Below, in pieces: positions 25,601 to 37,331 of a stretch of DNA of 64,000 bases (position 1 is its first letter; each line of letters opens with the position of its first letter). Below the pieces are notes generated by a model, which worked only from the letters and a program-made list of their open reading frames with translations, was not told where the DNA came from and did no database searches. Source of the DNA: an uncultured Acidobacteriota bacterium (GTDB taxonomy: Bacteria; Acidobacteriota; Blastocatellia; RBC074). Both the position numbers and the translations under genes were made by a program. The stretch spans positions 1,184,001 through 1,248,000 of the forward strand of contig CAWCKY010000001.1 of assembly GCA_963796275.1 (NCBI GenBank). The letters run 5' to 3'.

Positions 25601-28600
25601 ATTCGCCCAAAGAGCACCGTCCCGAAGACTACATCCTCCGATCCCGATACACGCGCCAATACTCTTGCCCATGCCAGGTGGCATAGGCTCGCCGCGCTTA
25701 CTCCCATCGCTCTCGCTCGTTCCCGCAACCGCCTCGCCAGTATTGCGTCAAGCTCTATTTGAGCTTCCTTGATATCTAAGCTGTCGCCCTGCACCTCCAG
25801 TAGGCCATACGGCGCCGTAGGCTCATCCACATCTCCCAGCAGCCCGCGGAAAAAGGTCTCGTGCTCGGCCTGCGTCCCCCTCAATTGCATCTGCGCCGCG
25901 AAGTTTCGGAACGGTACCGGTTCCGCTAGTTGATCTACCTGTCCCGACGAGAAGGATTGCACCTCCTGGATCATAATCTCCAGACTGGTATGGTCGAGCG
26001 TGAGGTGATGACTTATCCACAACAGCAGCCAACGTTCGTTGGCCGCATCATAAGTCATGGTGAGGCACATGATCGGCGCCTGACGCACATCGAGCCGGTT
26101 CCGCCGCGGATCGAAGTGTGCACGCAGTTGATCTGTTATCTCCCCTTCGGATGGATCGAGCAGAACTTCTTCGACCGGCAGCTGCGCCTCTCGCCAGACC
26201 ACCTGCACCGGTTCGCGCAGTCCTTCCCAGACCACTGCCGTTCGCAGAATGTCGTGCCGCGCAATCACCTCGCGCAGCGCGCCAAGGAAACTCTCCAGAT
26301 GCTCGCGCGTATTGAAGGCCATCAATACCTGGAGTTGATAGATATCTCCCAGGGTGCTCATCAGGTGATGAAAGAGAATCCCTTCCTGCAATGGTACCAG
26401 CGGGTAGATGTCTTGCACGTTGGCCGCTCCACCAGGCACCTTCGCCACTGCGGCATCGATCTCCGGCTGCGTTAGCCCCACCAGCGGCAGCATTTCCGAT
26501 GTGATTTCGGAGCAGCCCGGCGGGATGAGATTGGGCGGCACCTCAATCTCGGCCTGGCTCGTTCCTTCAATCGCCTCGGCCAAAGCCTGCAGTGTGGGTG
26601 CGGTGAAGAGCGTCCGGATGTCGCTCGGCACTCCTTGGCGGCGCATGCGCTCAATAATCGAGACTGCCAGCAGAGAATGGCCGCCGAGTTCAAAAAAGTT
26701 GTCCTGGCGTCCTACTCTCTCAACCTTGAGCAGATCGGCCCAGATTCGCGCCAGTTTGCTTTCGATCTCACCCTCAGGCGGCTCATATCCGCGTCTTATA
26801 TAGGCCTCGTCGTCGGGTGCCGGCAGCGCACGGCGGTCCAGTTTGCCGTTCGGAGTTAACGGCAAAGATTCGAGATGGACGTAGGCCGCTGGGATCATAT
26901 ACCCTGGTAGCGCCGAGCTGAGATGCGCGCACAGGGCTTCGGCTCCGACTTCCCGCCCAGTATAGTAGGCTACCAGCCGCTTGCCTGCTTCCCCATCCTC
27001 GCACGCCAGCACCACCGCCTCGCGTACCTCGGAGTGCCCAGCCAACCTCGTCTCAATTTCACCCAACTCGATGCGGAAGCCGCGAATCTTTACTTGCTGA
27101 TCGGCTCGTCCCAGAAACTCCAGATTTCCATCCGGACGCCAACGCGCCAGGTCTCCACTGCGGTACATCCTCGTTCCCGGCCCCCCATATGGATCGGCCA
27201 CGAATCGCTCGGCCGTCAGCGCCAGTCGCTTCAGATATCCGCGCGCCAATCCCGCTCCCGCGATGTAGAGTTCTCCTGTCACTCCCACCGGCACTGGCTT
27301 CATGCTCTGATCCAGCACATAAATTCGTAGATCCGGTATCCCGCGCCCGATGAGACTGTTCGCCCCCATAACGATCGCCTGCTGTTCAAGCGCAATATAG
27401 CTGACATGCACTGTCGTCTCTGTGATACCGTACATGTTAATCAGGCGTGGCGCGCTCTCATGGTGTCGCTGATACCAATCCCGAAGCCGCCATAGCTCCA
27501 GCGCTTCGCCGCCGAAGATCACATATCGCAAAGCGAGTGCTCGCCCGAGATCCGGGTTTTCTTGATCCGCTTGCATCAGTTGATAGAACCCCGATGGCGT
27601 CTGATTGAGGACGGTCACGCCATGGTGGACGAGGAATTTCAAAAACTCATCGGGTGATCGACTGATCAAATGGGACACTACTGCCAGGCGGCCGCCATGT
27701 AGAAGTGGCCCCCAAATCTCCCAGACAGAGAAATCGAAGGCATAGGAATGGAATAACGTCCAAACATCATCCTTTCTGAAATCGAACCAATTCTCTGTGG
27801 CAGCGAAAAGCCGCGTGACGTTCTGATGCGTGACGATGACGCCTTTAGGTCTGCCAGTAGAACCAGAAGTGTAGATGATATAGGCCGGACTGTGCGGACT
27901 GAACGGTCTTGTCCGCTCTATCTCTGCTGGGTTGTCGGCCTTGCTTCGCTGCAGCGCCTCGACCGTTTCCACCTCGTCAATAATCAGACGGCGCGCACTC
28001 TCCGGCAGCCGCCACGCCATCTCACTGGTAGTAATGACGCATCCCGGCTCAGCATCCTCTAGCATGAAAACTAGCCGATGCGCGGGATAGTCCAAGTCTA
28101 GCGGCAGATAGGCCGCCCCAGCCTTCAATATCCCCAGCAGCCCCACCACCATCTCCAGCGACCGTGACAGGGCCAGCGCCACTACATCCTCCGGCCCGAT
28201 CCCCTCACCGATCAGCAGATACGCCAGCCGATTGGCTCGCTCGTTCAACTCCTCGTAGGTCAGCTCCCGCTCTTGATAGACCACCGCCACCGCCCCGGGT
28301 GTTCTCCGCACCTGCTCTTCAAACAGCTCCACCAGTGTCGCCTGCGGTATCTCGCGCGACGTCTCGTTCCACTCCTCCAGTATCTGCCTGCGCTCTTCCT
28401 CTACCAGCAGATCGATGCCTCTGATCTTTTGTCCCGCATCACCTACCATCGCCTCCAACACCCGCAGATAGTGGCGCCCCATCTGCTCCATCCTCCACCG
28501 ATCAAACAGGTCTCGGTTGTAGACCCACGACAGCACGATCTCTCCCTCGCTCTCCCAGGCGTGCACCTCCAGGTCGAACCGCACTCGCAGCTCATCTCCC

Positions 28601-31600
28601 ACCACCAGCTCAACCTCCATCCCCTTCATCCGCTCGGCCACCCACGGCGCATTCTGCAACGCAAAGACCACCTGAAACACCGGCGTCGTGTTCAGGCTCC
28701 GCTGCGGCAATATCTCCTCAACAACTCGCTCAAAAGGAATGTCCTGATGCTCATAGGCCTCCAGCGCCACTCGCCGCACCTCTCCCAGCAATTCTCCAAA
28801 ACTCATCCCCCGCTCGGCCCCCACCCTCATTACCAGCGTGTTGACGAAGAATCCGATCATCTCCTCCAACTGCGCCTCCTGCCGGTTAGCGATCGGCGTC
28901 CCCACCACGATCTCCTCCTGCCCGGTGTAACGGCCCAGCAGCACTCCGAAGCCAGCCAGCAACGTCATATAGAGGGTCGCCTGTTGGCTCTGGCTCACCC
29001 TCTTCAAGCCCGCCGTCTGCTCCATACTCAGCTTCATCTGACACAGTTCGGCCCCATATGTCTGCACCGGTGGTCGCACTCTATCGGTCGGCAATTCCAA
29101 TCGCTCCGGTATCCCCGCCAACTGCTGCTTCCAGTAATCAATTCCTCCTCTCAGCCCCTCTTGATCCAGCCACTCTCTCTGCCACAGGGCGAAGTCGACA
29201 TACTGCACCGCCAGCGGCCGCAGCGGATTCTCTCTCCCCTCACAGAACGTCTCGTAGAGTAGCGCGAGCTCCCGGTTGAAGACCCCCTCCGACCAGCCGT
29301 CGGATGCGATGTGGTGCATCGTCCTCATCAGGATGTGATCGCGCTCTCCCAGCTTGAGCAGCCTGATCCGCAGCAACGGGCTGCGCCCCAGGTCAAACGG
29401 GCGGTTTGCTTCCTCCCCTAGCTGAGTCAGCACTCCTGCTTGTCGGTGCTCTTCATCGAGCCCGCTCAGGTCTTCCACGAGCAGTTCGATCCTCATCTCC
29501 GGCTCGATGATCTGGACCGGCTCTCCCTCTACCTCCGCAAAGTGTGTCCGCAGACTCTCGTGGCGCGAAATGATCGCATTGATGGCCTTCTCCAGTGCCT
29601 GGTGGTCGAGCTCTCCCCGCAGCCGCAGCGCGCCGGGCATGTTGTACTCGGTGCTGGTTCCTCCCAGCTGGTCGAGAAACCAGAGCCGCTGCTGGGCATA
29701 GGACAAGGGCAGATGCTCGGGCCTCTGCTGTCGCAACAGCGCAGGACGCCCGGTGGAGTCCTCCCTCAGCCGGGGACTCAACTGCGCAACACTCGGCGAC
29801 TCAAATAGCGTCCGAATTGCCAGTTCCCCTCCCAGCCTCGCCCTCACCCCGCTCACCAGCCGCGTCGCCAGCAGAGAGTGGCCGCCCAGTTCGAAGAAGT
29901 TATCATCTAGTCCTACCCGCTCTACCCCCAGCACTTCAGCAAATAACGAACAGAGAATCTCTTCTTGTGGACTGCGCGGCGACCGCCAGACGGAGGTTGA
30001 GATCAGCTCCGGTTCGGGCAGAGCCTTGCGATCGAGCTTTCCGTTAGGGGTGAGGGGGAGAGCTTCCAACTGGACGATGGTTGCCGGCACCATATATTCG
30101 GGCAGACGTTGAGCCAAATGCTGGCGCAACGTTCTGGAGTCAATGCTGCGCCCTGGCGCTGGTACTACATAGCCGGCCAGCAGTTTCTCTCCCGGACGAT
30201 TCTCGCGCGTCACGACGGCTGCCTGGGCGATCTCCGGCAGCTCGCGCAGCGCAGCCTCGATCTCGCCCGGCTCGATGCGGAAGCCGCGAATCTTGATTTG
30301 CTGATCGGCCCGTCCCAAAAACTCCAGGTTGCCATCGGGGCGCCATCTCGCCAGGTCTCCCGTCCGGTAAATTCGTGTTCCAGGCTGCCCGTATGGATCG
30401 GCCACAAACCGCTCGGCGGTCAGAGCGGGGCGCTTCAGATATCCGCGCGCCAGGCCGGCCCCAGCGATGTAGAGCTCTCCTCCGATTCCCACCGGCACTG
30501 GCTGCAAGCCACCATCCAAAACGTAAAGCTTGTAGTTCGGCAACGAAAACCCGATCGGTACGGATCCGGCGGTCACCGGCATCTCGGTGAGCTCAAAGGC
30601 TGAGGCATCGATGCAGGTTTCCGTGGGGCCATAAAAATTAAAGACTCGGCGAGCAACACCAGCTGATTGGAGCTCGTTCGCCAAGCTGACAGGGAGAACT
30701 TCGCCGCCCACAGTAAGAGTATCGAGACGGGCATTCCAACAGCTATTTCGGATCAGCTGCTCCGCGACACCGGGAGTGGCGTCAAGCGCGGAAACTCGGT
30801 GCTTCAAAGCATATGCGCTGAAGCGTTCAATGTCGTCGCGGACATTATCAGGAACGATCACCGATGTCCCGCCGGCACAGAGCGGGCAGAATATCTGCTC
30901 TAGGAGCGGGTCGAAAATAGTTGAACTTATCGCAGCAAACCGCGTCGTTTGGGAAACCTCAAGATAGCCGATGAGCGTGCGGATTTTGTTGACAATTGCC
31001 GAGTGGGGTATCACCGCACCTTTCGGAGCCCCTGTCGAGCCGGAGGTATAGATGACATAAGCAGGTGTTTGCTGAGCGAGGAGTTTCGTACGATCCTGAT
31101 TTCCGGGGTTGCTGGTCGGGCACTTGGCTAATGAGCTAATCATCTCCTCCCCGTCGAGGATCAGCCTTCGTTGGCTATCGTCCAGCCGTGACTCAAGCCC
31201 GGTCGTGACCAGCACGGAGGCAGGCTGGGCGTCCGATAGCATAAAGGCTACCCGCTCGTCCGGCGAATCCGGGTCGATGGGCAGATATGCCGCGCCGGCC
31301 TTCCATATCCCCAATAACGCGACCACCATCTCTAGAGACCGAGGCAGGGCCAGCGCCACCACATCCTCAGGCCCGATTCCAGCTCTCAACAGTAGGTGGG
31401 CCAGCCGGTTGGCTCGCTCGTTCAATTCCTCGTAGCTCAGCTCTTGCTCTTCATAGACTACCGCTACCGCTTTGGGAGTTATTTGCACCTGCTCCTCAAA
31501 CAGCTCAACTAGCGTTGTATTCGGTAACTCCTTCTCTGTTTGGTTCCATTCCTTCAGTATCTGCCCCCGCTCCTCGGCAGACAGCAAGTCAATACGCCCG

Positions 31601-32886
31601 ACCCGCTCCTCGGGATCATCCACTACTGCCTCTAAAAACTGCAAAAATCTGCGATGATGGGCCAGAAGATCATCAATTGTGTAGAGGCTAGGGTTCACAT
31701 CGAAGTCAATCCGCAGCCCACCGTCCTTGGATCTGCCGTAGAAGGCGATCGATATATCTTCGACCGCTCCATTTGAAAGATTGTGCGTAGTACCGTGATG
31801 GCCGGCAAAATCCAGGTCAAATTCGAACAACATGGGATTTACCGTTGGACCAAACAACCTGCGATTTGTGGCTGTGAAACCAAGTTCCCGGTTCAGGGTT
31901 TCAGATCTATAACGTTGGTGTCGCAGTATATTCCGGGTTTTCTGTCCCACTTGTTGTATCAGTTCGACGACAGTCGTGTTTGTGAGCACCTTCAATCGCA
32001 GGGGCAACACGTTTGACAACATGCCCGGGATGTTTCGTGAGACTGCGCCCAGGCGGGCGGTGACTGTCAGACCGAGGGTAATCTCATCGGCACCCGTCAA
32101 CCGATTAAGATAGGCAGCTATTGCTGCGATGATGAGCTGGGACAAGGTTGCATTGGTGCGGTTCGCAACAGCCCGCAGCATATCCGCATCTGCAGATTGA
32201 ATATACGCAGTCTGGCGTAGAAAGCTGCTTGACTTGACTGGTGGTTGGTTTGCCAGACTGACTGGCTCTGGCATCTCAGCCAAACATTCCAGCCAATACC
32301 GCCGATCCTTCACGAAATGCTCAGAGGCGCGATACGCCTGTTCGTTCTCGATCAGAAGTTGCAGAGAATCAAAAGCTCTCCCACTGTCAGTTAGATCATT
32401 CGCAATCGATGAGTAGACTTCCGCGACACGTCGCGCTATGAGCCAGACGCCAATGCCATCATTTACAATATGATGATATCTCTGGTACCAAAGAAATCGC
32501 TCGGGGCCGATTTTGAGTAGGGCGAAGTTGAAAAGCGGATCGCGTGCCAGATCGACCAACTGACCAAAATCGGCCCTCATCCAGCTCTCGGCAGCCTCCT
32601 GGGGTGCCGATTCAGCACTAAAGTCTATAAATGGTATCGACCACTTCTGAGCACAATATATGATCTGCCGCGGGGGATTGATTTCTTTCGATATCTGAAC
32701 ACGAATAGCTTCGGTCTCGACGAGGACCTGTCGCAACGCAGCCTCGAATACAGCTGGATCAATCGCTCCATGAATTTCTGTATACTGACCGATGTTGAAA
32801 ATGGGATTATCGGGATCTACCACCTGAGCCAACCAAATTTCGCGCTGAGCGGCTAGGAGTGGCTGGTCGAGGGAATTAATTAACAT
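10660..32886 (-). CDS. NRPS-1, 7 modules: Cstarter-A1-T, C-A2(Thr)-T, dual E/C-A3(Ile)-T, C-A4(Gln)-T, C-A5(Ala)-T, C-A6(Phe/Tyr)-T, C-A7(Gly)-T
   Basis: 7408-aa ORF with ATG start and GGAG RBS upstream. Seven A domains and seven GGHSLL PCPs. Starter-type C (AQREIWLAQ...HHIVNDG) and dual E/C (HHLMSTLGD plus HHLTLDH). Hand-read codes DFWNIGMVHK, DAFFLGVTFK, DAWQFGLIDK, DLFNNALTYK, DSYTIAAVCK, DILQLGLIWK. Confidence 0.97.
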   Translation of the reverse strand: MLINSLDQPLLAAQREIWLAQVVDPDNPIFNIGQYTEIHGAIDPAVFEAALRQVLVETEAIRVQISKEINPPRQIIYCAQKWSIPFIDFSAESAPQEAAESWMRADFGQLVDLARDPLFNFALLKIGPERFLWYQRYHHIVNDGIGVWLIARRVAEVYSSIANDLTDSGRAFDSLQLLIENEQAYRASEHFVKDRRYWLECLAEMPEPVSLANQPPVKSSSFLRQTAYIQSADADMLRAVANRTNATLSQLIIAAIAAYLNRLTGADEITLGLTVTARLGAVSRNIPGMLSNVLPLRLKVLTNTTVVELIQQVGQKTRNILRHQRYRSETLNRELGFTATNRRLFGPTVNPMLFEFDLDFAGHHGTTHNLSNGAVEDISIAFYGRSKDGGLRIDFDVNPSLYTIDDLLAHHRRFLQFLEAVVDDPEERVGRIDLLSAEERGQILKEWNQTEKELPNTTLVELFEEQVQITPKAVAVVYEEQELSYEELNERANRLAHLLLRAGIGPEDVVALALPRSLEMVVALLGIWKAGAAYLPIDPDSPDERVAFMLSDAQPASVLVTTGLESRLDDSQRRLILDGEEMISSLAKCPTSNPGNQDRTKLLAQQTPAYVIYTSGSTGAPKGAVIPHSAIVNKIRTLIGYLEVSQTTRFAAISSTIFDPLLEQIFCPLCAGGTSVIVPDNVRDDIERFSAYALKHRVSALDATPGVAEQLIRNSCWNARLDTLTVGGEVLPVSLANELQSAGVARRVFNFYGPTETCIDASAFELTEMPVTAGSVPIGFSLPNYKLYVLDGGLQPVPVGIGGELYIAGAGLARGYLKRPALTAERFVADPYGQPGTRIYRTGDLARWRPDGNLEFLGRADQQIKIRGFRIEPGEIEAALRELPEIAQAAVVTRENRPGEKLLAGYVVPAPGRSIDSRTLRQHLAQRLPEYMVPATIVQLEALPLTPNGKLDRKALPEPELISTSVWRSPRSPQEEILCSLFAEVLGVERVGLDDNFFELGGHSLLATRLVSGVRARLGGELAIRTLFESPSVAQLSPRLREDSTGRPALLRQQRPEHLPLSYAQQRLWFLDQLGGTSTEYNMPGALRLRGELDHQALEKAINAIISRHESLRTHFAEVEGEPVQIIEPEMRIELLVEDLSGLDEEHRQAGVLTQLGEEANRPFDLGRSPLLRIRLLKLGERDHILMRTMHHIASDGWSEGVFNRELALLYETFCEGRENPLRPLAVQYVDFALWQREWLDQEGLRGGIDYWKQQLAGIPERLELPTDRVRPPVQTYGAELCQMKLSMEQTAGLKRVSQSQQATLYMTLLAGFGVLLGRYTGQEEIVVGTPIANRQEAQLEEMIGFFVNTLVMRVGAERGMSFGELLGEVRRVALEAYEHQDIPFERVVEEILPQRSLNTTPVFQVVFALQNAPWVAERMKGMEVELVVGDELRVRFDLEVHAWESEGEIVLSWVYNRDLFDRWRMEQMGRHYLRVLEAMVGDAGQKIRGIDLLVEEERRQILEEWNETSREIPQATLVELFEEQVRRTPGAVAVVYQERELTYEELNERANRLAYLLIGEGIGPEDVVALALSRSLEMVVGLLGILKAGAAYLPLDLDYPAHRLVFMLEDAEPGCVITTSEMAWRLPESARRLIIDEVETVEALQRSKADNPAEIERTRPFSPHSPAYIIYTSGSTGRPKGVIVTHQNVTRLFAATENWFDFRKDDVWTLFHSYAFDFSVWEIWGPLLHGGRLAVVSHLISRSPDEFLKFLVHHGVTVLNQTPSGFYQLMQADQENPDLGRALALRYVIFGGEALELWRLRDWYQRHHESAPRLINMYGITETTVHVSYIALEQQAIVMGANSLIGRGIPDLRIYVLDQSMKPVPVGVTGELYIAGAGLARGYLKRLALTAERFVADPYGGPGTRMYRSGDLARWRPDGNLEFLGRADQQVKIRGFRIELGEIETRLAGHSEVREAVVLACEDGEAGKRLVAYYTGREVGAEALCAHLSSALPGYMIPAAYVHLESLPLTPNGKLDRRALPAPDDEAYIRRGYEPPEGEIESKLARIWADLLKVERVGRQDNFFELGGHSLLAVSIIERMRRQGVPSDIRTLFTAPTLQALAEAIEGTSQAEIEVPPNLIPPGCSEITSEMLPLVGLTQPEIDAAVAKVPGGAANVQDIYPLVPLQEGILFHHLMSTLGDIYQLQVLMAFNTREHLESFLGALREVIARHDILRTAVVWEGLREPVQVVWREAQLPVEEVLLDPSEGEITDQLRAHFDPRRNRLDVRQAPIMCLTMTYDAANERWLLLWISHHLTLDHTSLEIMIQEVQSFSSGQVDQLAEPVPFRNFAAQMQLRGTQAEHETFFRGLLGDVDEPTAPYGLLEVQGDSLDIKEAQIELDAILARRLRERARAMGVSAASLCHLAWARVLARVSGSEDVVFGTVLFGRMGGGEGSERVLGLFINSLPIRVRVGKESVERSVKKTHELLGELMKHEHASLALAQRCSGVAAPTPLFSSLLNYRHSRQVEQLPEARQSWAGIEVIHSEEWTNYPLILSVEDWGDEFALTAQAVRPIEPDRICNYMRNALEALVEALEREPEIEMRAIEVLVEERTLILEEWNRTEREIPEASVVELFEEQVRRSPGAVAIVSGSEEITYRDLNLRANRLAHYLRGRGVGRDDVVGVCLERGIDMVTALLGILKAGGAYLPLDPEYPLSRLLYMVKDSGVRVVISNPLLGERLGDGALEVINLATVEAEAKNATENPGIDVCGNNLAYVTYTSGSTGEPKGIEITHRGVVRLVCQTNYVEIRETDVIAQASTISFDAATFEIWGALLHGARLYCISRDLLLQPRLLAEELITQGINTIFLTTALFNQVARSEPRAFKGCREVLIGGEKLDSGWVAEVLKREGPERLLNVYGPTETTTFATFKEICREEIKEGETIPIGQPISNTRVYVLDRSLRPTPVGVGGELYIAGPGLARGYQKRAALTAERFVADPYGEPGTRIYRTGDLARWRADGNLEFLGRADQQVKIRGFRIEPGEIEAALRELPQVDQAAVVTREDTPGEKRLVGYAVASAGQGLDVAALRQQLGQRLPDYMVPGAIVEVNELPLTPNGKLDRKALPEPEMTSTSVWRAPRSPEEEILCSLFAEVLGLERVGIDDNFFDLGGHSLLATRLVSRVRAALGAELAIRTLFESPSVAQLSSRLRESGTGRPSLVQQQRPERLPLSYAQQRLWFLDRLAGNSTEYNMPVALRLRGELHRQALEQTINTIISRHETLRTHFDEIEGAPIQIIEPELWIEIPVDDLSQLDEQEQQTRVTARLREQVSCPFDLTRGPLLRVNLLKLGERDHILLRTMHHIVSDGWSEGVFNREFTQLYEAFCQGRENPLKPLSVQYADFALWQRQWLEQERLQAELAYWKQQLAGIPERLELPTDRVRPPVQTFQGEFSQMILSGQQVDGLKRLSQSQQATLYMTLLAGFALLLERYSGQEEIVVGSPIANRQEAQLEEMIGFFVNTLVMRMRVNGEKSVEELVSEARRIALEAYEHQDVPFERLVEELSPQRSLNTTPVFQVVFALQNAPLVAERMKGLEVELVMGAQLQVHCDLEVHVWEEKGELAIYWLYNRELFDRWRMEQMGRHYLRVLEAMVSDAQRKIAGINLLGEQDRIQILEEWNQTRREVRETTVVELFEEQVRRSPGAVAVIYQEQELTYGELNERANQLAHLLQAMGVGPEVCVGLCLERSVELVVGMLGILKAGAAYLPLDVEYPLDRLLFMLVNAQVSIILTQQYLRERLGSSQCNLIFIDTDLTALRSNTESSPLTKVASENIACVLYTSGSTGEPKGVMVSHGALHNHMLWMQESFALSESDRVLQKTPFSFDASVWEFYAPLLVGAQLVIAKPGGHRDSAYLVSEIAEREVNIVQVVPKLLQSMVEEEGWERCTKLKRLFCGGEALTWDLVEKFQSVSGASLINLYGPTEATIDASYWECSEGLRLESVLIGRPISNTRMYVLDGNLQPVPVGVAGELYIAGAGLARGYLKRPALTADRFVGDPYGEPGMRMYRTGDLARWRADGNLEFLGRADQQVKIRGFRIEPGEIEAALRELPEVAQAVVVAREDTPGEKRLAGYVVPAPGRSIDFTSVRQQLARRLPDYMVPVAMVELEALPLTPNGKLDRKALPEPELISTSVWRAPRSPHEEILCSLFAEVLGLERMGIDDNFFELGGHSLLATRLVSRVRATLGAELAIRTLFESPSVAQLSPRLQESETGRAPLAPQQRPGRLPLSYAQQRLWFLDRLGETSTEYNLPGALRLRGELDLKALEQTINTIISRHESLRTHFAEVEGEPVQVIEPEMRIELRVEDLGGLHREQREARVMDALREEGGQPFDLGRGPLLRIKLLKLAERDHILIRTMHHIASDGWSEGVFNQELTLLYQAFCEGRENPLRPLAVQYADFALWQRQWLEQEGLQEGLAYWKEQLAGIPERLELPTDRVRPPVQTYEAELCQMKLNREQTAGLRMVSQTGQATLYMSMLGAFGVVLSRYSGQEEIVVGSPIANRQEAQLEEMIGFFVNTLVMRMRVNGEMSFEELMGEVRRVALEAYEHQDVPFERLVEELSPQRSLDTTPIFQVVFALQNAPQVAERMKGLEVELVMGAQLQVHCDLEVHVWEEKGELAIYWLYNRELFDRWKIEQMGRHYLRVLEAVLADPKERIGRLDMLTAEERRQILEEWNETSREIPQATLVELFEEQVRRSPGAVAVIYQEQELTYRELNERANRLAHLLIGEGVGPEDVVALALPRSPEMIVSLLGILKAGAAYLPIDTEYPADRLALMLEDAEPAYMLTASKVADRLPVRSGILLLDHPHAVEALAQSLSGNPGDGDRRSQLRPKNPAYVIYTSGSTGRPKGTQIEHHSAAELLCWAAEVFETQDLAGVLASTSICFDLSVFEIFVPLSCGGTVILVENVLELPNTPSAKQVRLINTVPSAITELLRIGGLPEGVRTVNLAGEALRRRLAEEIYELEQVRKVFNLYGPTEDTTYSTYALLERGDGRDVPIGGAISNSRVYVLDGSLKLTPVGVVGELYIAGAGLARGYLKRPALTADRFVGDPYGEPGMRMYRTGDLARWRADGNLEFLGRADQQVKIRGFRIEPGEIEAALRELPEVAQAVVVAREDTPGEKRLAGYVVPAPGRNIDFTSVRQQLARRLPDYMVPAAMVELEALPLTPNGKLDRKALPEPELISTSVWKAPRSPHEEILCSLFAEVLGLERVGIDDNFFELGGHSLLATRLVSRVRATLGAELAIRTLFESPSVAQLSPRLRESKTGRAPLAPQQRPGRLPLSYAQQRLWFLDRLGETSTEYNMPSALRLRGELDLKALEQTINTIISRHESLRTHFAEVEGEPVQVIEPEMRIELRVEDLGGLHRKQREARVIDALREEGGQPFDLGRGPLLRIKLLKLAERDHILIRTMHHIASDGWSEGVFNQELTLLYQAFCEGRENPLRPLAVQYADFALWQRQWLEQEGLQEGLAYWKEQLAGIPERLELPTDRVRPPVQTYEAELCQMKLNREQTAGLRMVSQTGQATLYMSMLGAFGVVLSRYSGQEEIVVGSPIANRQEAQLEEMIGFFVNTLVMRMRVNGEMSFEELMGEVRRVALEAYEHQDVPFERLVEELTPQRSLDTTPIYQVVFALQNAPQVAERVKGLEVEEVMGDELRVRFDLEVHAWESEGEIQIAWLYNRDLFDGWRMEQMGRHYLRVLEAVLADPKERIGRLDMLTAEERRQILEEWNQTRREMPEATLVELFEEQVRRSPGAVAVIYQEQELTYRELNERANRLAHLLIGEGVGPEDVVALALPRSPEMIVALLGILKAGAAYLPIDAEYPAERLTFMMEDAEPACLITTGEIMAHLPVWTGCLLLDQAELPKAIEQLPCGNPGRSLRPHNPAYIIYTSGSTGRSKGVVVTHRGIPSLSAAGIHQFGVTSESRVLQFASLSFDSSFYEIVMGLLSGAKLTLLGEEERRGELLVKAMHKHRVTHATLPPVVVADFAEDQVIQLNTLIVAGEACPAEVAARWSEKCRMINAYGPTETTVCATTSGPLLGVGEPPIGQPICNTRVYVLDSGLGPVPVGVAGELYIAGAGLARGYLKRPALTADRFVGDPYGEPGMRMYRTGDLARWRADGNLEFLGRADQQVKIRGFRIEPGEIESALRELPEVAQAVVVAREDIPGEKRLTGYLVPAPGRSIDSTSVRQQLARRLPDYMVPAAIVELQALPLTPNGKLDRKALPEPELISTSVWKAPRSPHEEILCSLFAEVLGLERVGIDDNFFELGGHSLLATRLVSRVRATLGAELAIRTLFESPSVAQLSPRLRESKTGRAPLAPQQRPGRLPLSYAQQRLWFLDRLGETSTEYNMPSALRLRGELDLKALEQTINTIISRHESLRTHFAEVEGEPVQVIEPEMRIELRVEDLGGLHRKQREARVIDALREEGGQPFDLGRGPLLRIKLLKLAERDHILIRTMHHIASDGWSEGVFNQELTLLYQAFCEGRENPLRPLAVQYADFALWQRQWLEQEGLQGGLAYWKEQLAGIPERLELPTDRVRPPVQTYEAELCQMKLNREQTAGLRMVSQTGQATLYMSMLGAFGVVLSRYSGQEEIVVGSPIANRQEAQLEEMIGFFVNTLVMRMRVNGEMSFEELMGEVRRVALEAYEHQDVPFERLVEELSPQRSLNTTPIYQVVFALQNAPQVVERVKGLEVEEVMGDELRVRFDLEVHAWESEGEIQIAWLYNRDLFDGWRMEQMGRHYLRVLEAVLADPKERIGRLDMLTAEERGQILEEWNQTRREVPEATLVELFEEQVRRSPGAVAVIYQEQELTYRELNERANRLAHLLIGEGVGPEDVVALALPRSPEMIVALLGILKAGAAYLPIDPDYPAERLALMLEDAEPACVITMRETGGRLPENQRQLLLDHPGMVAALDRSPTCNPTDQRQIRPLRSENPAYVIYTSGSTGRPKGVMISHQACTNFLASMSQELDFRTDEILLALTSLSFDIAGLELYLPLIIGAKCIIVSREVAADGHQLAEELRQSGATVMQATPATWRILADSGWPGDQGLKMLCGGEAFPPELAERMLGWHGSVYNLYGPTETTIWSTAMRVTSVTSSVSLGHPIANTTCYLLDSNLNVVPIGVSGELYIAGEGLARGYLKRADLSAERFVANPYSKEAGARMYRTGDLARWRSDGNLEFLGRADQQIKIRGFRIEPGEIESALRELPEVAQAVVVARADIPGEKRLVGYVVPAPGRSIDSSAFRQHLAQRLPDYMVPAAIVEMEALPLTPNGKLDRNALPQPEWQGKAYRSARTPQEEILCSLFAEVLGLESVGIDDNFFELGGHSLLATRLASRIRATLGVELSIRTLFGSPTAEQLADIIEERILDEIEQSPEAAGIH
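12480..20850. repeat. Tandem module-sized repeat, family B (A-subdomain/T/C), period about 3.14 kb, three copies
   Basis: Near-identical 283-aa shadow ORFs at 13261, 16396 and 19552 (offsets 3135 and 3156 bp). Protein stretches in C5, C6 and C7 are near-identical. Confidence 0.9.
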
Positions 32887-33215
32887 TGCGATACTCCGCT
32901 GTTAGATATAACTTTATAAATGCTCCGGCTATTCTGTACGTGGGGATCACTGAGCATGAGACAAAGCGGGACATCAACTATGTGGGCAATGCGTTTGTGA
33001 CCAGGGCCAGCAGAAAGCGACGAATGCTTTGTTGCAGCAGCACACGCCAAAATCGTGGGGAGCCGGTTGAAAACTGTTCATAAGGGCACAAAGGGTAGGG
33101 CACAGAAAGGAACAGTCAGTTGTGACGTTACAATTATAATTTATAATTATAATTGACAAACTCTACCACACTGTTCTGGGGATCAACATAAGAGATAAAT
33201 AAAAAGCAAAGCTTA

Positions 33216-33231
33216 TGCAAAAGCCATGCCC
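33216..33231 (-). promoter_or_regulatory. Candidate sigma54 (-24/-12) promoter facing NRPS-1
   Basis: Minus strand reads GGGCATGGCTTTTGCA, i.e. GG-N10-GC with TTGCA, about 330 bp upstream of the NRPS-1 ATG in an AT-rich intergenic region. Confidence 0.5.
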
Positions 33232-33467
33232 TGATACTCTTAGTGCGAGCTTGTCGGAACCAAGACTCAGATAACAAACAAAATGCCCTTTTCTTTTGAA
33301 TTGAATCAGTTATGCTTTCTTTTTCTCACAAACTCGCCACTTGACTTTATGCGAACGAGTCTAATACATGGGTGTATATAATCTGTCTAGTGCAAAAGAT
33401 AATGTGTATTAAGATTGAACATAAGCAATTGCATTAAAATTGACATTTTCGAATATAGCCAATGAAC

Positions 33468-33497
33468 GACGAAATCGGTGCATCTTCATATTTCGTC
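33468..33497. promoter_or_regulatory. Inverted repeat, possible enhancer (UAS) for a sigma54 activator
   Basis: GACGAAAT-N14-ATTTCGTC, a perfect 8-bp inverted repeat between the two divergent sigma54-like motifs. Confidence 0.3.
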
Positions 33498-33555
33498 TCA
33501 TCGGCACGATAAATAAGGTGGAGTAAAATGGCTATCTTTAGCCGATAAATAGGCA

Positions 33556-33571
33556 TGGCATCTAACTTGCT
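33556..33571 (+). promoter_or_regulatory. Candidate sigma54 (-24/-12) promoter facing the CHAT gene
   Basis: TGGCATCTAACTTGCT matches TGGCAC-N5-TTGCW with exact spacing and one mismatch, about 230 bp upstream of ATG 33798. Confidence 0.55.
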
Positions 33572-33797
33572 ATGAAGGGTAATTTGGATATCCTGTAAAG
33601 TGGATTGCTTCCTTCGGAGCTTGAACTCTCACGCCAGTGCGCAGTAAGATGAACGGGATATAGGTAGTGCCGTAATCTTATCGGTCGACCAATCTACCTA
33701 GTGGTAATCTTTAGTTGCCCCCCGGTTTGCAGGGTGTTAGATCCTAAATCAGGCTCTGAAATAGGAGTATTAACTTTACCTTTAACGGAGGCATCAA

Positions 33798-36700
33798 ATG
33801 ATTCACCCGCTGCCAAGATCAACTCGAGTTATGTTTCGTTCATGGATTGTCTATCTCGGACTCGGACTCACATTCTCTATCAGCCTGCTATTGATGCCCA
33901 ATGAAATTCGAGCATCTCGAAGTACGTTCGCCGTAAGCAATGAAGTGAAGGCTTACGTTGGCGTGGTCGGTTTGGCGCAGGAGAATCAGCAGAACTTGCA
34001 AACCGAACTGGGAAAGCCGATTGAACGAAAGCTGGCTGGTGGCGACTCTCATTATTATGCTTATCAACTCACGCTGGCTAACGGTCAATCTGCCAGGCTG
34101 GTCGTTCATCAAAAGGGGATCGACGTCCTGGTGAAGCTCTTTGGTCCGGATGGGAAACAGATCGCGGAGTTTGACTCTGAAGCCACGACGCAGGGACAAG
34201 AGACCGTGTCGTGGGTAGCGGAAGTGGCGGGGAGCTACCGGGTGGATGTGGTGGCGAAACAGAAGGATGCGGTGGCCGGACGCTATGAGATCAATGTGGC
34301 TGAGGTGCGCGTAGCGACTGAGAATGATCGAGCTCTGTATGAATCGGACAAGTTGTATGCGGAATCAGGCAGACTCTTAGCTAAGTTTGATGAGGCGCGC
34401 CCGCTAGCTGAACGTGCATTGGAGATTCGGGAACGGGTGTTGGGGACGGAGCACTACGATGTCGCTCGCGCTCTCAATCGTCTCGCCAACATATATTTGT
34501 TCAACGATTATTTCACGAAAGCGGAGCCGTACTATCAGCGTGCGCTAGCTATCTCGGAAAAATTGCTCGGCCCCGAAAATTCTTTTGTGCTTGGTTGTCG
34601 CGACAATCTTGCCCTCGCTTATAAGCAGATGGGCGACTATTCAAAGGCAGAACCGCTTTATCAGCGCACGCTAGACATCAGGCAAAAATCGTTGGGACTC
34701 GAACATCCTCTCGTCGGCCTCTCTGTTGATAATATTGCCAACATCTATACTTTGAAAGGCGACTACGGCAAGGCGGAACCTCTATATCAACGTGCGCTGG
34801 CCATCGCGGAGAAAGCACTGGGACCAGAACACCCCGGTATCGCTCGTCTTCTCAACAGCATAGCCCTTCTCTATTATTACAATGGTGACTACACCAAGGC
34901 AGAGCCGCTCTATCTGCGTGCCCTGGCCATCGGGGAGAAATCTTTGGGAGCTGAGTCCTCCGAAGTGACTGGATATGTCTACCAAAGTCTCTCGTTTGAA
35001 CTCGGCGAGTATCTCTTCAATCTCGCGGTCTTATACCGCGACCAAGGAAACTTTGACAAGGCAGAGCCGCTCTTTCAACGCGCACTGACCATATCGGAAA
35101 AATCGCTCGGGCCCGAAAACTCCATTTCCGCTAAGGTCCTACACCACTCCGCCATTCTCCATCGCAAGAGAGGCGACTTAGCCAAGGCGGAGTCGTTATA
35201 TGAACGCGCGCTGAAGATGGCGGAGAAGACGCTGGGGCCTGAACACCCTGATATCGCGATTACTCTCGGTGACTCTGCTTTCCTTTACGAGGCAAAAGGC
35301 GATATCGCTCAAGCTGTTGCGTCTCTGTCTCGCGCCAATGCCGTTGTCGAGCGCGATCTCACGCGCAATCTTGTTTCCGGTTCCGAACGACAGAAACTCG
35401 CTTACCTCTCTTTCTTCGCGAAACAGACCAATCTTTCACTGGCAATCTCGCTCCATAGCCAGGCTGCGCCGAACGATCCGCAGGCATTAGATCTGGCTCT
35501 CACAACTTTGTTGCGTCATAAAGGGCGCGGTCTCGATGCAATGACCGATACCATCGCCATTTTGCGGCGTAATGCCACACCGCAAAATCGAGCGCTCTTC
35601 GATAATCTCAAGGAAACCAGCTCGGAATTGGCCTCGCTGAAACTCAAAGATTCAGGCGCGGGGGACGTAGAAACTTACCGGAAAAGAATTAAGGATCTGG
35701 AAGGTAAGGTTGATGATCTGGAAAATGAACTCAGCTCTCGTAGCCAAGAGTTTCAGGCGCAAACGCGACCGATCACGATCGCATCAGTCCAAGCTGCGCT
35801 TCCAGCGGACAGCGCGCTAATCGAGTTTGCCTTGCACACGCCGCTGGACCCAAAGACTGAGGAGAAAAAACAGGCGCGCTACGTCGCCTATATACTCACG
35901 GCGAAAGGTCAACCCAAGTGGGTAGCCCTTGGCGAAGCTGCTAAGGTCGATCGGGCAGTGGATGTCTGGCGCGAAGCATTACGCGATCCAAACCGGACAG
36001 ATGTCAAACTGCTCGCGCGCGACGTGGATGAGAAGGTGATGCGCCCTGTTCGATCTTTACTTGGTGAAACGCGCCGACTCCTGATTGCGCCCGATAGTAT
36101 GCTAAGTCTCATACCATTCGCTGCCCTCATCGATGAACAGAATCAGTATCTGCTTGAGCGTTTCTCTATCAGCTATCTGACCAGCGGGCGTGATTTGTTG
36201 AGGCTGCAAACGCCACAGCCGAGCAAGACGGGCCCGCTTGTAGTTGCCAATCCCGACTTCGGCCGATTCGCTACAATCGCTATGCGGACAGATCGGGGCG
36301 CCGGAAATGCGCGAGCACAGATTGATCCGACACAGATATTCTTCCAGCCGCTGCCGGGCACCGAAGATGAGGCATTGGCGATCAAAACCCTGTTACCGAA
36401 GGCATCGGTGTTGAGACGGGAACAGGCTACCGAAAGGGCGCTCAAACAGGCAAGTGGGCCGCGCATCCTGCATATCGCAACGCACGGCTTCTTCCTAAAT
36501 AATCAGGATACTGCACCTGTAGATGATAACCCTTTGCGTGTTAGTTCCGAGGAAACTGGCGAACCGGCCAGTCCTTACACGGTTCAGCTTGAATCCTTAC
36601 CAGTGCTCGAAACCGCTCAAGAGAAGGTCAAGGGATTCAGGTCGCGGGGCTTGAATGCCTATATCGTCAAGACCGAGGTGAATGGCAAAGGCACCTTCTT

Positions 36701-37331
36701 CCGCGTGCGCGCCGGAAATTTTCGGACTCAAAACGAGGCTCTGAAATACGGTGCTAACCTGCAGGATAAGGGGGTTGTCAGCGATTACTTCGTCGCACGT
36801 TATGAGTCGCCGCAGCGAGGTTTACAGCTGCCAGCCGGTAATGACAAATTGCGGCTCAGCAAGTTTGCGACGCTAGTCGAAGACCCATTGCTGCGCTCTG
36901 GCCTCGCGCTGGCTGGAGCTAACCAGGGTAAAAGCGGAGAAGAAGATGACGGTATCTTGACAGCGCTGGAGGCGGCTTATCTAGACTTATTTGGAACAAA
37001 ACTGGTAGTCCTTTCCGCGTGCGATACGGGTGTAGGGGAAGTTAAGAAAGGCGAAGGTGTTCAGGGGTTGCGGCGCGCGTTTGTACTGGCCGGATCAGAG
37101 AGCCAGGTGATGAGCCTCTGGCCGGTCTCGGACGAAGCGGCCAAAGATCTGATGATCCCTTATTACAAGGCCCTCCAGCAGGGAGAAGGGCGGGGTGAAG
37201 GCCTGAGGCAAGTGCAGTTGCGAATGCTACACGGCCGAAAGGACCAGCGACATCCGTTTTACTGGGCAGCATTCATTCAATCCGGGGAATGGGCGAACTT
37301 GGAAAAAGGTAGCGATCTTGGAAAAAGGTAA
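33798..37331 (+). CDS. Secreted/anchored TPR-repeat CHAT (caspase-like) protease with internal SPOR domain
   Basis: N-terminal hydrophobic segment, PPC-like beta domain, roughly 7-8 kinesin-light-chain-type TPRs (AEPLYQRALAI.EK.LGPEHP), CHAT motifs HIATHGF and LSACDTG, C-terminal HPFYWAAF. SPOR-like YTVQL...FFRVRAGNF lies between the His and Cys. Confidence 0.9.
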   Translation: MIHPLPRSTRVMFRSWIVYLGLGLTFSISLLLMPNEIRASRSTFAVSNEVKAYVGVVGLAQENQQNLQTELGKPIERKLAGGDSHYYAYQLTLANGQSARLVVHQKGIDVLVKLFGPDGKQIAEFDSEATTQGQETVSWVAEVAGSYRVDVVAKQKDAVAGRYEINVAEVRVATENDRALYESDKLYAESGRLLAKFDEARPLAERALEIRERVLGTEHYDVARALNRLANIYLFNDYFTKAEPYYQRALAISEKLLGPENSFVLGCRDNLALAYKQMGDYSKAEPLYQRTLDIRQKSLGLEHPLVGLSVDNIANIYTLKGDYGKAEPLYQRALAIAEKALGPEHPGIARLLNSIALLYYYNGDYTKAEPLYLRALAIGEKSLGAESSEVTGYVYQSLSFELGEYLFNLAVLYRDQGNFDKAEPLFQRALTISEKSLGPENSISAKVLHHSAILHRKRGDLAKAESLYERALKMAEKTLGPEHPDIAITLGDSAFLYEAKGDIAQAVASLSRANAVVERDLTRNLVSGSERQKLAYLSFFAKQTNLSLAISLHSQAAPNDPQALDLALTTLLRHKGRGLDAMTDTIAILRRNATPQNRALFDNLKETSSELASLKLKDSGAGDVETYRKRIKDLEGKVDDLENELSSRSQEFQAQTRPITIASVQAALPADSALIEFALHTPLDPKTEEKKQARYVAYILTAKGQPKWVALGEAAKVDRAVDVWREALRDPNRTDVKLLARDVDEKVMRPVRSLLGETRRLLIAPDSMLSLIPFAALIDEQNQYLLERFSISYLTSGRDLLRLQTPQPSKTGPLVVANPDFGRFATIAMRTDRGAGNARAQIDPTQIFFQPLPGTEDEALAIKTLLPKASVLRREQATERALKQASGPRILHIATHGFFLNNQDTAPVDDNPLRVSSEETGEPASPYTVQLESLPVLETAQEKVKGFRSRGLNAYIVKTEVNGKGTFFRVRAGNFRTQNEALKYGANLQDKGVVSDYFVARYESPQRGLQLPAGNDKLRLSKFATLVEDPLLRSGLALAGANQGKSGEEDDGILTALEAAYLDLFGTKLVVLSACDTGVGEVKKGEGVQGLRRAFVLAGSESQVMSLWPVSDEAAKDLMIPYYKALQQGEGRGEGLRQVQLRMLHGRKDQRHPFYWAAFIQSGEWANLEKGSDLGKR

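Noticed and set aside
108-32416. Many + strand ORFs (up to 579 aa) opposite the NRPS, recurring with near-identical sequence
   Set aside because: Antisense shadows of NRPS codon bias and repeats; no recognisable motifs.
1-32886. NRPS as siderophore synthetase because of the nearby receptor
   Set aside because: Predicted residues are mostly non-chelating, and no ornithine hydroxylase, Asp hydroxylase, catechol or cyclisation functions are seen in the window.
32886-33904. Short ORFs (61-67 aa) in the NRPS-CHAT intergenic region as MbtH or RiPP precursor
   Set aside because: No MbtH motif (SxWP...PxGW...WTDxRP), no RBS, and AT-rich promoter-like DNA.
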